Below, piece after piece: positions 26,255 through 38,304 of a DNA stretch of 64,000 nucleotides. Location of the stretch: contig CM082582.2 in assembly GCA_040954595.2 (NCBI GenBank), positions 4,200,303-4,264,302 of the forward strand, in the 5' to 3' direction. The DNA is from Balanoglossus misakiensis (taxonomy: Eukaryota > Animalia > Hemichordata). How positions within the stretch are numbered: the stretch's first letter is position 1; each line of letters begins with the position of its first letter. The notes under the pieces are model-generated. The model ran no database searches. It was given only the letters and a program-made list of their open reading frames with translations, and was not told the DNA's origin. The translations under genes were made by a program, and so were the position numbers.

Positions 26255-27280
26255 TTGCCTTTAAATATCATCTATGCATGACTTGAGCTGCACCACAAAG
26301 AGACATCTTTTTTCATAATTTCCTCATGTCCAAATATAGTTTGATGGTAGCAACTGTTGGAACTGTTCCATGTTCAGACAAGTAAAATGGCAAGTGACTT
26401 TTTTAGTAATTTGGACCAGGTACTGTCTCTCATCAAAATCACCACAAAAGAGATATCACATTGTCACTGCGATTTGCACCATCAAATCATGTGATCATTT
26501 TAATATTCCTCAAAATTATGAACCAAACATTTCAAAATCTGACGATTGTTTCACCTGTTTTCAAGGGAGAATACTGCAAGACAGAAATCACCTTTTATAT
26601 AATTTTACTCACCTGTGTTCAGTGTCTTTGAGATGTACGTAGAACAAGTCTGGGGACTCGACAGAAACTACATACACTTTACAGAACTTGGAATCACCGA
26701 ATGATTCAACTTGTACCTTCTTGTCTGCACCCTTCGCACTGACACCCGAAAAAAATAAATAAAAGAGAATTGAACAGAAAAACTTACACATAAAAACTGA
26801 CATTATAACTAGAATTTGAGACATCCATATACAGTAATACACCGGTCTTAACCACAGACGCAACTGAATAGTTAATTTTGCAATGTATCACTGTTGGATT
26901 TTTTGTCACATGGTGTCTTACTTTCATTGAATGAAATTTTGCTAACTGTACTGGACAAAACAAATCACAATACAATTTATGTTCACTGGATAATGAGTAT
27001 AAACAATCAGCAATATATCTTGACCGTCTTCTAGCTATATCTCACCTCAATTTTCTCTCCAAACCCTTGTTATGAAGATCCATGGCTTCCATCTCACTAC
27101 AAACCTCATCTACAACTTCTCCATCTTGGTGTTTCACATCCGCCATTTTCTCACCAACAGCATACTGAATAGTTTCTTGATTTTCACTCGTCTTGTTGTA
27201 AGGTACGACACCTTCACAGAGGCTATACAAGGATTCTATGTGCTGTGAGCGAAATAGTTGTCAAGCGAGTCAATAGCTTC

Positions 27281-27324
<44 letters not shown>
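27281..27324. repeat. (CAAT)n microsatellite
   Basis: Direct reading. Confidence 0.95.
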
Positions 27325-27774
27325 CAACTGAACAGCAATCCTGCAAATTTATAACATTTGTCTTTGTAAGGTTTGTAAAGTTGACATGCAATCTGGTCGA
27401 AGACAAATTAACCCTATACATCAGCAACTAGAGATACTGCTAATATTTATCTTTAGCAGCTTTTATCTCTATATCTCACTTGATATGTCCATTCTTAGAC
27501 TACCAATCTAATTATTCATGCATATATCTTCATTTGGTATACTAAATTGTGTTTTTCCATAAAAAAGTTTTGAATTCTGTTCTTGTATACAAAATAGCAA
27601 CCACAACTCACTTGATGGTTTTCAAGTCCAAATCCATTCTTCAGAAGTTCCCTTCTGACATTGTTTGCATTTGCAATGGCATTCAATTCTTTCAATGTTG
27701 TCCGTTCCAGTAGAGGATCTAACCACAGAGTCTTCCCTAGGCTGAAAAGGAAGTGAAGCATGTCAGTCCTGGCT

Positions 27775-27885
27775 GGGTGATGGTGGTGATGATGATGGTA
27801 GTGGTGGTGATGATTATGATGATGTTGGAGGTGACCATGACAATGATGATTGTGGTGGTCATGGTGGTGATGATGATAGTGGTAT
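27775..27885. repeat. Imperfect (TGA/TGG)n trinucleotide repeat in an intron
   Basis: Lies upstream of the splice acceptor at 27742-27743; produces the spurious His-rich ORF. Confidence 0.85.
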
Positions 27886-30800
27886 TGGTTCAGATTTGAA
27901 ATGTTTGCTAGCACTTATTTGGTAAGGAAAACCAATTTGAACATATTTCCACCTGGTTACCATGAATTTCTATGAACAGTACAGTCTACCGGTAGTCATG
28001 ACGACCATAGGGAAAGTGTCCACCTGTCTGTCTTATGTGATCGTTACCATGGTTAAACTTGTAAATCATTACAGAAAGAGTCATGCAGACAGTAATATTA
28101 GTGACCAGACTACTTTTCGATAGAAAATTTTTTCTTTGTAATTGCCTTCAGTAAATTAGTTTGAAACTACCAGCGTTTGTTACTTACCATAGAACAATCT
28201 TGCCATCCATCTCTTTACCACTGATCAGTTCATACACATGATAAGATGCCTATCAGAATATCAAAAATACCGATCAAGATGATCAAAATCTCTTCAAATA
28301 TTAAATAAAATATTTTGCAGAGGCGCTTAAATTTGGTCTTGATAAATTTAAGTAATGAAACCCAAACGGGTTTAGTAGCCTCATAGGAAAATTGGAGACT
28401 CAATGGTTTTATAAATAGTATTCCGGAATGCTGGAAAAGTCTAGCACCATTAGTGACTTATGTGCCAGCATAGACCCTATGGTGCCAGAAATGTTCAGTT
28501 TGATAGTAAAGATTTCAATGTATATGCTTTGCCTGGTGTACTGTATGTGGTTTGAAATATCAAAACAATAATATGGTAGCCAAAGAGTTGAAATTATGCT
28601 AATATATGTATGTACCTGAACGGTCCAATCGGGATCTTGATCCACAGGTTTCACTCTGCATGCAAATACTTCAACCACCTGTCAAAATATCAAAACTATC
28701 ATTCTGTATTTACTTGATATATGCATAACTACTGGTATATGCATTCTATGTAAAAGAACACAAAATTCCATTCCACAATGTGATAGTAGATCTTGCATCT
28801 AAACCAATTCCGTATAAATGGATGGTTTGTTTATGTGGTAAAAAAAAACTACTTACTAACATGTACCAGGTATACAGTAAGGCATCCATAATCTAAGTTG
28901 TCAAAATGAAATAAAATTGTTACATATATGTAAATTTTGAATTAAATTTTCCTCATCTACACAATTTGATCATTTCTATCATATACTAATGAGAATCGAC
29001 TCATGTCAAAAACAAAACTTTCATACACATCTACAGTGAAAACTGTCTAAGAAGGACACCTTTCGGAACAGAAAAACTGCTCTTTTTCAAAGTGTAAATT
29101 TTGTGTCAAAAAATCTGTCCTTAATAGAGAGGTTTCTTGCTTGATAAGAGAGGTGTTTCACTTGTACCTGACTTGGTACATCATGGAATAGCAGTGGCAA
29201 TACAAGCAGCTGTGTCATTTTCAATAGTAGCACTCCTACCGGTACCCTCATCAATGTAATGAACCTGAAACAGTAAAAGGAATATGTTGGAAATCAATTA
29301 TTACAAAACATTACATGCAATATACTCATGTCTACAGAATTAATGTCATTGCACCAGGTCTCAAGAAAGATTACAGGGTTTCAAACGATGCATCACACAA
29401 CCAGCACGCAAAGAAGTAATCACAAAGTCTGGTTCATTCCAGGCATTAGTAGCCTCCAGATTTTTCCAAGCACACTTACAGCAATACTCATAACATCACT
29501 GTTGTCTATCATCATGTACAATGTGCAAGAGTGGGTGAGACCCAATCAGTGTGCCCTCTAACAAACAAAATTTATTTTTTTGAGTCAATTTGAGGATTTC
29601 TAGAATTTCTAAGTCTCCAGCCCTATACCTTTGCATGCATTGTGGATAATTTTCTTGAGTGAGTCAGTGGTTAGTCACATAGACATAGAGGGCGCACTTG
29701 ACCCATTCTCATTGGACTTCCTAAGAAATACAACTGAACTTCACTCAAGTTTTAGCAAATCTGAAGCTGAACTCCTGACATGTTATTGTTGGACATTTCA
29801 ACTATTGATATGATTTGATATTTTACCTTAACATCAGATTGAACCAGACTGACTCTGACTCTCTGAAAAGTACGTCTTCTCTTGTCTTCAACTGCACAAA
29901 GCTCACCCACTCTGACATTCCCATGAATCACCCTGTTGCTAGGGTCGTTGTACCACAATGCCATCTGCATGGAAAGTTCTACATACTGTGTTGCTATGGT
30001 CTCACTCGGCTGACTGGTTTCAGAGGCTCTGTGTTCCAGAATACGGGCGTAGAAATGGGTTGCATCCACAACGTGTGTGATCAACACCTGTAATATCACA
30101 GTATAAATAAAATACATTAATCTGTGTGTGGTTTCTTAACTCTTTCACCCCCAGTTCCCTTTGTAGAGGTCCAACCTTACCATAGAAAACAATGGGTTTG
30201 GACTGAACCATGGTGGTGAGAGGGTCAAAGTTATAATACCTCCATTCCCAAAACTACAACTAGGACTGCATTTGTTTCGTTATCCAAACTGAGTTTGTAC
30301 ACGGTCGGTATTTATTGTCTTCGAGCACAACACATTACGGTGGAAAAGCTACTGTCAGTATATGAGCAGTTATGCATTTTGGCAACTGACATTTCACTCA
30401 GTGGAGTACAGCCAGGGAGACCAACATATGTTTTGTTACGTTTCCACCAAGACTTCAAACAGTTTGGTCTCCAGATCACTCAGTGCAAATACATTTATCA
30501 CGACATAAAAAACTGGTAGCTTCAAAGATTTGATGCTGATGTCACTGAGTAATTTTAATTTCAAAATTCCAGGACTTTAAAAAAGTGCTGATTGCCATAG
30601 TTTCAACACTGTTGTTACAAATCCATGCAAAGTGTCCTTCAATCATCTGACAGGAAATAATTGGTACATACCTTGACAAAGCCGGATATTGGAAGCTTTG
30701 GAGCATCCAGATCTGGGAACACTTGATGGCGATAGTCACAAACAACAGCATCTCTGTAAAATTGTTAGAAAATCATTAACATTCATTCACAAATTTAATA

Positions 30801-31045
30801 CGTATAAATGTACACACTGATTAAAAAGACTATTCCACTGAAATTCTTTCAAACTTGATGTAAATCTTTTAAGTTCATTATTCCAGTTTAATACTTTGCT
30901 ATTCAAAGCCTAATCACGCAGCGATAATATTCCGCCAGGTGTTAACTTATTAATATTCATAAGAATAACAAAGGTATAAAGTAGAACGGGAATTAAGACA
31001 CAGTGTCATTTCATCGCACAGAGAAGGGCTGTCACCACGGGTATA

Positions 31046-31110
31046 CTGTAAAACACTTCAGTTTCGCGAGCAATAAACGTACGCGAAATACGCGAGAGCC
31101 AAAATAGCGA
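31046..31110. mobile_element. Truncated MITE family E
   Basis: tactgtaaaacacttcagtttcgcgagcaataaa..cgcgagagccaaaatagcg; right half missing. Confidence 0.75.
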
Positions 31111-31303
31111 GCTAAGGGTGTAAAGTATGATAATGTCTGACGCAAGTCAAGGCGTTTTGGTGAAATTTCATACACGTAAGTATCAGGTATTTGGCTGTTT
31201 TTGATAATGAAAGATCCAATGTGGGTAAGGTGTTACCATACATAATATAGGAAACCGCAATGCTGCTTATTATGCAACTGGTAACCGTGTGCTTTTGTTG
31301 CAG

Positions 31304-31780
31304 GTGCAGCAACAGCTGGAGGTGATGCAGAAAAAGCTGGATGATTTGCAGAAGGCTGTCGATAATAATTCCCTAGCAGATGCTCGCCAAATGGTCATAG
31401 AGATTGCCCACTTTGGAGCTTGGAATATACGACCACAATTGTTGAATGCATTACGAGTTCTGGTCAACCAAGCAACAAAAGTTTCTCACCCAAAACTCGC
31501 TAGATTTCGAGCAGTACTGGCACAATTTGAAACCAGTGAATTCGGCCAGGAAGCCGGTCAATTAATCTTGTTATTATTGGGCAGTAAAGGAGGAAGAAGA
31601 AACTGCGTCCAAAGTTTGAAATTTATTCGTAATGTGAAAAAGCCAGATGGTGTGTACATTTACTCTCCTTATGCTAGATTTCCAACGGTAGACAGTCTGC
31701 GAGTGCGAAACCAAAAAGTCTAATGTGTTTTGTTTGTGGTATTGGTCATTTCGCTAGGGATTGTAAAGAAAAAAAAGAAG
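31304..31780 (+). pseudogene. gag-like ORF remnant with C-terminal zinc knuckle (retroelement ORF1, possibly DIRS/tyrosine-recombinase type)
   Basis: Helical/coiled-coil ORF 31289-31723 preceded by acceptor ttttgttgcag; frameshifted LLLGSKEEEETASKV; CFVCGIGHFARDC at 31726-31764. Confidence 0.55.
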
Positions 31781-31784
31781 ATTT

Positions 31785-32063
31785 TATTTGTACGTGTCGG
31801 TAATATCGCATACAGGTCCCATACTACTGCCGAAGAAATGCAACAGGCGATTGCCGACACGATTAAAAAAGATGTGGTCAGTAAAATACAGAATAGTGAC
31901 TTCTTCAGTCTACTAACTGATGAAAGCACCGACATCAGCGTCACTGGTCGTCTCGTTCTTTACTCAGAAGCGTGACGGGTAACTTCGATGTGCAATCACA
32001 TTTTTTAGGAAATGTAGGTCTTGTCGAAAAAAGACGTATCATCCATAACTGAAAAACTACTGA
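31785..32063 (+). pseudogene. hAT transposase fragment (ZNF862/ZMYM-like), part 1
   Basis: YRSHTTAEEMQQAIADTIKKDVVSKIQNSDFFSLLTDESTDISVTGRLVLY (first catalytic D in DESTD). Confidence 0.85.
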
Positions 32064-33464
32064 TAGTCAGGTGGAGATTTGAGAAATTGTGACCCCCTCT
32101 GGCATTTTTTGGTACAAGCAAACCAAATATGTTTTTTGGTCAATTCGACTACGCTGATTTCGAAAATGCCTGTTCCCAAAAGATCTTTTTGAGATAAGAG
32201 CCTCGTTTTGGCAAATCAAATATGGCCGCCAAGGATCGCAATTCTCACATGAATAGCATCAAAGAAATGTTCACGTACCTCCTTAAACAATGAAAATAAA
32301 CTACATGTTTACATCAACAACTTTTTTGGTTGTATAAACACAAAATAGCAATAATAAAACAATAATTATGCACAAATTTGCATATTGTATGAATAATTCG
32401 TTGATTTTTGGCTACCAAATAATAATAAAGCTAGGTGTAACAGTACATGTACTGAAAACTCACAACCATTGGAAAAAATTACCTTTTCTTTATTTTAATA
32501 AAGGACTTAAACCTTGTTCAAAACAATACTTCAAGTGTGAAGTTCATTTTGAGATAAGAGCCTCGATGTGGCAATTCAATATGGCCGTCTAAAGCCCTGT
32601 AGTGGAGCGGCCAAACCCTAATTTTCATAGCGATTGTGCATTTTGTGATAAAAGCACCAAACTTGGCTCAGATGTGTGTTAATGTGTACTAAACAAATTC
32701 AGATAGCGAGCCACTAAATATCTGTTGATGAGTTTCCATGGCAACTAATTTTTCAAAATGGCCACCAATACAGATAATTTCACCCACCAAATAACATCTG
32801 TGAACACCAAAATAAATTTAGATTTCTATATTTGATACAAGGAACTGTGGAAACAATGATTTTCAAAGATATTATGGTTACTAAACTACTTATAGGGGTA
32901 AGTAAGTTATTAAAACACAATTTAACGGCGCAACTTTTAATCCCTTTGTTCTCGGATTAATAGGTGCTCCTCTAGAAATCAAACCATACTGTCTATGGTC
33001 AAACATTAGGCTAATTGCGATATTTAACTTGCAGTACGTAAATTACACATATGAATCACAACAGTTTACCACCTTAGCTAATGATAATCATATAAACAGA
33101 TCACCGATATATCAGATTTGCACACGGATGTGGGCTTGGCTTACTCGTGACTGGTAAAATTTCCTTATCAACTTGATAGGAGAGTCTACTGCCCAAAATA
33201 GACGTTGATCCAAACTGAGTCCGCGGTCGTCACGTTTATTGGTCGTCAGACATACACATAGGGCCTCAAACGCAATGCAATCTAAATGGACCCCGGGTAA
33301 CGAACCATGCGAAAATGTCGGCTTTGTTTCGACCACAATCGCGACCGCAGCGTTGACAACGTTTTTTCGGGGCGTTGATGTTTGTCAAAATGCCATAGGA
33401 AATTTAAGAAACTTAAGTCGAATTGCTGAAACGTTAATAATCGACCATATGTCTTGATACTTTA

Positions 33465-33919
33465 GGGAGCATTCGTTTTTTACAGGGAGGGGGGGGCCGG
33501 TGGAATTTGAGTCGCCGACTAAATGTAAAAGGCAACCCCCCCTGGAAATTACTTTTCTAAAATGTGACCCCCCCCCCCAAAAAAAAAAAAGTTATGAGGT
33601 GGGGGCAAGTCCCCTGACCTGTGACACTAGATAAACCAGTCAATGATTGAAAGGTGTTGATGAATGGAGGGGGTGGGTGTGGGAGGGGGTGTCCCCCTCC
33701 CACATTAGAAAATTTTGTAAAATAAAGGACGCGAAACTGCATTTTTGTGGACTCAAAATAAATATTTAGCCGTCAAAGTTTTCAAGTCCCCCCCTTTCAG
33801 TCCCTATATAATAATCCCTTGATTATAAAATTTGTCCCCCCCTAAAAACTGCTTTGTAAAAGTAAACCCCCCCCTGATTTCCACCGCCCCCCCCCTCCCT
33901 GTAAAAAACGAATGCTCCC
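33465..33919. mobile_element. PIF/Harbinger-like MITE family C
   Basis: TIR gggagcattcgttttttacagggagggg / cccctccctgtaaaaaacgaatgctccc; TTA TSD; shares an internal module with family A. Confidence 0.85.
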
Positions 33920-33929
33920 TTAATTCATG

Positions 33930-34900
33930 TATCAGTTCCACTCCAGCAATTTTGTCGACTGTTAACAGAGTTGACCAAAAAATAAATGGTGTCTATGATT
34001 CCAAACTCATAAAAATTACAGCGGAGGACACAACATTATTTTATTTGTCGAGAATAGTGTCCATCATGCCATAAATATTGTCAAAAATGTGTGTTAATTA
34101 TAGAAACCCAACTAAATATACAAGCAGTTGGCCTTTAGATTGGTAAATGGAAAAAACAGGTCTTATTGCAATTTTCTGGGATTAGGTGGCCCAATGCTCC
34201 CAACAAGTCACTTGGAATGTACTTCCATTCTAATATCTCAATGTGTAATCTGACTTTGCAAGAGATATTACGGAAAACTTCATTTCATTTAATAGCATGA
34301 AGTAAGCGAAATCTTACTCTTTACAGAAAAGCTGTGATCCTGAAGACTTTTGGTGTTTTGAAGCTTATTTTCACTTTATCATTTTATTCTTTGATTTTGG
34401 GGGTTCAAAAATACACAAAATAACATGTCAAAATAGAACTGCTGACTATCATCAAGGTGCGATTAAAATTATCGATAACTTGAGCAATACAAAGCACTTC
34501 AAGCGACTTCATCAAAACGCTTTCCGAAGGACAAGTATTGGATGAAAAGTTTGAAACATTTTGATTTGGATTCCTAACATCTATCTATGTACATGCAACC
34601 TAGACATAGTTAGTTTCTATAGTAACTTTAACAAACCAATCGACTGTCATGATACTGGATTTCTGCCACCATTTTATGGGGAAGTGATTCTTTATTTGCA
34701 TAAATCATTTGATGAAGATAAAATAGAAAAGCTAGATTCTGCACTGATTCAAACTGGTCAGATCAATTTATAAGGTTGAGAAACAAGATGCCGTTTTTCC
34801 TGGGTTGACTAAATTTGGAATTTTGTTCATCAAAGATATTTTTATGGGGAAAAGAACGAATCAACTGAGCTTTACTTGTTAAACTTTTATCACAAAATGC
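33930..34900 (+). mobile_element. Degraded Tx1/L1-clade LINE ORF2 remnant
   Basis: KITAEDTTLF (ADDTTLF-like), (W)SKRNLTLYRKAVILKTFGVLKLIF, ADYHQGAIKIID, LPPFY; many lesions; boundaries approximate. Confidence 0.6.
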
Positions 34901-36108
34901 CCAAATGTTATGAAAATTTTGTTTATGCCAGGCCACTATTATAATATATCTATGGTTATACAGTGTTTTAACTAAGTTTGTTGTAACCGGTGTTATTACC
35001 AAACTTGAATTTCTTTAGCGACTGAATCTCGATCCTGTATTTACCCCTATAACTAGTTTAGTGATGATAAATATTTTGAAAATTACTCTTTGAGCAGTTT
35101 CTTGTTTCAAATATTGTAATATGAATTTATTTTGGTGTTTTATAATTGGTATTTTGTGGGTGAGATTATCTGTATTGGCGGCCATTTTGAAAAAATTGCC
35201 ATGGAAACTCATCAACAGATATTGTGGCTCGCTATCTGAATTTGTTTAGTACACATTAACGCACATCTGAGCCAAGTACGACACCCAAGTGGATTAAACA
35301 TACATGTATATATGTTGCCTCACTGACACAATCTTCACTTTGCACACAGTATCTTATATAAAACCATAATAAAAATACACATTACTTTTTACTTATGAAG
35401 AGAAATTGTTGTTAGAGACCGGGTTTCAAAAAAACACCGAGGACGTCGGGCCATCAGTGTGCATTCAACGTCTTATAACTAAGCATGAATATACGGTGCT
35501 GGCATAATGTGAGTGTGGCCATACGGTGCTTTCGCTATTAATGAACAACTTGTACGTTAACAAATGTCAGTTTTGTTGGCAAAAAGTATGTTTTTGGCTT
35601 TTCACAACATTGAACATACATTCATAGTTCAATAACTTGTGAATTGTGGACCTAAACGTTCATACGTTCAATGTTCTGGTGTTTTTTAACGGAGCGGTCG
35701 GTCACGATGTTACCAGCGAGCATGTACAGTCTAAACTAAATCTTCGTTGTGTATGTTTATTTGTTTGTTTGTTTGTTAGTTTGTTTGATTTTGTTGTTTT
35801 TTACATGCTATTACATACAAATATGAAAAGTTTCATTTCAGTTATTCATTAAAATGCAAACATTTGTCAAAAAACATATGAATAGACACCTGACAGGCCA
35901 AAGTCGTATCTTTAGCTTTCAGTTGTCAATTTGAGCATGACATCATGACTAATTAAGCTAATTTTGCATATTTTCCATGCTGCACCTTGTCTGACAAGGT
36001 AAACGATTGCATATTTGAATTCCTTGACCCTGAAAACATTGGAATAGACACCTCACTTAACACCGTTGGCTCTCTTTTGTAGACCCATTGATTTTAGATG
36101 GGCGTGTC

Positions 36109-37177
36109 ACCTAATTAACATAAATTAGCATTTTTACCAATTCACCAAATGTTTCTAAATTAAACAAATTGTTTAAAAATATTTAAATGAATATAAGAAT
36201 ATGATTTCAATACACTATTATGGTGTTGACCTGTGATATTGCACCATAATGGCTACAAACAGCGTTTTCTTTTAGGTATTTTGAAATTATGACGTCACAA
36301 ATTAATTTGCCATTTTCGACATGAAAACGTGAAAAGAATTTTTGGGAACAGGCAAATTCGAAGTCAGCGTATTCGAAATATCCAAAAACAACTTGTTCCC
36401 AGCTTGTACCAAAAAAATGAATGACATGCTTTTAAAATGCTCATTTTCTGAAATTTCCACCTGGACCTAATTAACATAAATTAGCATTTTACCAATTCAC
36501 AAAATGTTTCTAAATTAAAAAAATTGTTTAAAAATATTTAAATGAATATAAGAATATGATTTCAATAGACTATTATGGTGTTGACCTGTGATATTGCACC
36601 ATAATGGCTACAAACAGCGTTTTCTTTTAGGTATTTTGAAATTATGACGTCACAAATTAATTTGCCATTTTCGACATGAAAACGTGAAAAGAATTTTTGG
36701 GAACAGGCAAATTCGAAGTCAGCGTATTCGAAATATCCAAAAACAACTTGTTCCCAGCTTGTACCAAAAAAATGAATGACATGCTTTTAAAATGCTCATT
36801 TTCTGAAATTTCCACCTGGACCTAATTAACATAAAATTAGCATTTTACCAATTCACAAAATGTTTCTAAATTAAAAAAATTGTTTAAAAATATTTAAATG
36901 AATATAAGAATATGATTTCAATAGACTATTATGGTGTTGACCTGTGATATTGCACCATAATGGCTACAAACAGCGTTTTCTTTTAGGTATTTTGAAATTA
37001 TGACGTCACAAATTAATTTGCCATTTTCGACATGAAAACGTGAAAAGAATTTTTGGGAACAGGCAAATTCGAAATCAGCGTATTCGAAATATCCAAAAAC
37101 AACTTGTTCCCAGCTTGTACCAAAAAATGCCTGACATGCTTTTAAAATGCTCATTTTCTGAAATTTCCACCTGACTA
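36109..37177. repeat. Tandem triplication of the terminal ~356 bp of the Academ-like element
   Basis: Near-identical units starting at 36109, 36465 and 36820. Confidence 0.92.
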
Positions 37178-37550
37178 TGACGGCTGTTGCAGAAAATGGT
37201 CTGGATAAAACGAAAATGGTTGGATTAGGCAGCGACGGGGTGTCTGTCATGGTGGGTACAAAAAATGGTGTTAGTGCAAAATTGAAAGATGTCAACCCAT
37301 TCTTGATTAACATCCACTGTGTCGCCCATAGGCTTGCTTTGTGTACCAGTCAGGCCGCATCAAGTGTACCGGTAGTCTACCCAAAAGAACACAAAGAGAT
37401 TCTCACAAGTTTGTTCTACTACTTCAAGAAATCATCATTGAGCTTTTCAAAATTGAAAGAGATTGAAGATATGCTGCAGTGTCCATGCCTGAAAGTGAAA
37501 GAAATTCACGAAGTACGCTGGTTTGCTTTCTATGATGCATTGCAGACAGT
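37178..37550 (+). pseudogene. hAT transposase fragment, part 2
   Basis: MVGLGSDGVSVMVGTKNGVSAKLK..IHCVAHRLALC..FYYFKKS..EVRW (SDG, CxAH and RW motifs). Confidence 0.88.
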
Positions 37551-38304
37551 AGATCTTGGAATGTTAACTAATGATGGGCAGTCTTCTATTTGTCGACACA
37601 TTTGTCCCGTCAGACACGGTCTGGTCCGAACTTTGGGTTTTGAATCCATGAAAATATGCGGTAATCAAACGATTGCGTTTCATTGCGATCGAGATTGTCA
37701 ATGACACGTCAGCATGCTCAAAAAGTGGAATTTTCCATGATGCCATCTTTGCTAAAAGGTTCCAAGTTTTACTTGCCGCTATATCAAAACACAGACATAA
37801 AATTGTCATAGTGTCCATGGAGACCAAACCACAAGTACATAGTAGGCTTTTCTTTTTAATGTGTACACTCCACGTCACTTAATTCATTAACATTGAATGA
37901 CTGGCAATGGTTTATTATTCACGGGGGAGTAGTATTTCTGAAAATAACAGCGAATTCACAGGTCATGCTTACTCACACTCAGGTCGCTATCACAGGCGCC
38001 GTTCACAGTATATTGCTGGCCAATGGCAACTGCGCAGTTTCCACGCCATGCATAATTTTTAGGCAGCAGACAATTGCTCAAAACGCGCATTTTGCGCAAT
38101 CTCACAGTCAAGAGAAAACACTGAGCATTCAGTCACTCCAATATTAACAAGATCATAATTCTCACAATGGATTTCCAAGAGATTAAAAAAAATTGGCTCT
38201 GAGAAAATAAACCAAAAAAGGTTAAGACTTTAAATACATTGTACGATGAAGAAATTCTAATTAACTCATCTGACGATAATTGGATAAATGTTCAACTGAC
38301 TGAC

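Larger units (their letters stand above)
26613..30753 (-). pseudogene. TDRD12: TDRD12-like central extended-Tudor exon block
   Basis: CDYRHQVFPDLDAP..SGFVK | VLITHVVDATHFYARIL..TFQRVRV | VHYIDEG..(+1 frameshift)..LLVLP..VPSQ | VVEVFACRVKPVDQDPDWT | ..GKIVLC | LGKTLWLDPL..ENHQ | HIESLYSLCEG | ..VESPDLFYVHL. Confidence 0.82.
32064..37177. mobile_element. Academ-like non-autonomous DNA transposon (5.1 kb including nested material)
   Basis: Termini tagtcaggtgga..agaaa / tttctgaaatttccacctgacta; long imperfect TIRs; 3-bp TSD TGA; excision rejoins hAT reading EKLLTAVAENGLDKTKMVGLGSDG. Confidence 0.78.

Noticed and set aside
27516-27914. His-rich 132-aa ORF
   Set aside because: The His tract is an intronic trinucleotide repeat; only 27612-27741 is a real exon
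36109-37177. CRISPR-like or coding tandem repeat
   Set aside because: Units are contiguous with no unique spacers; eukaryotic TE terminus
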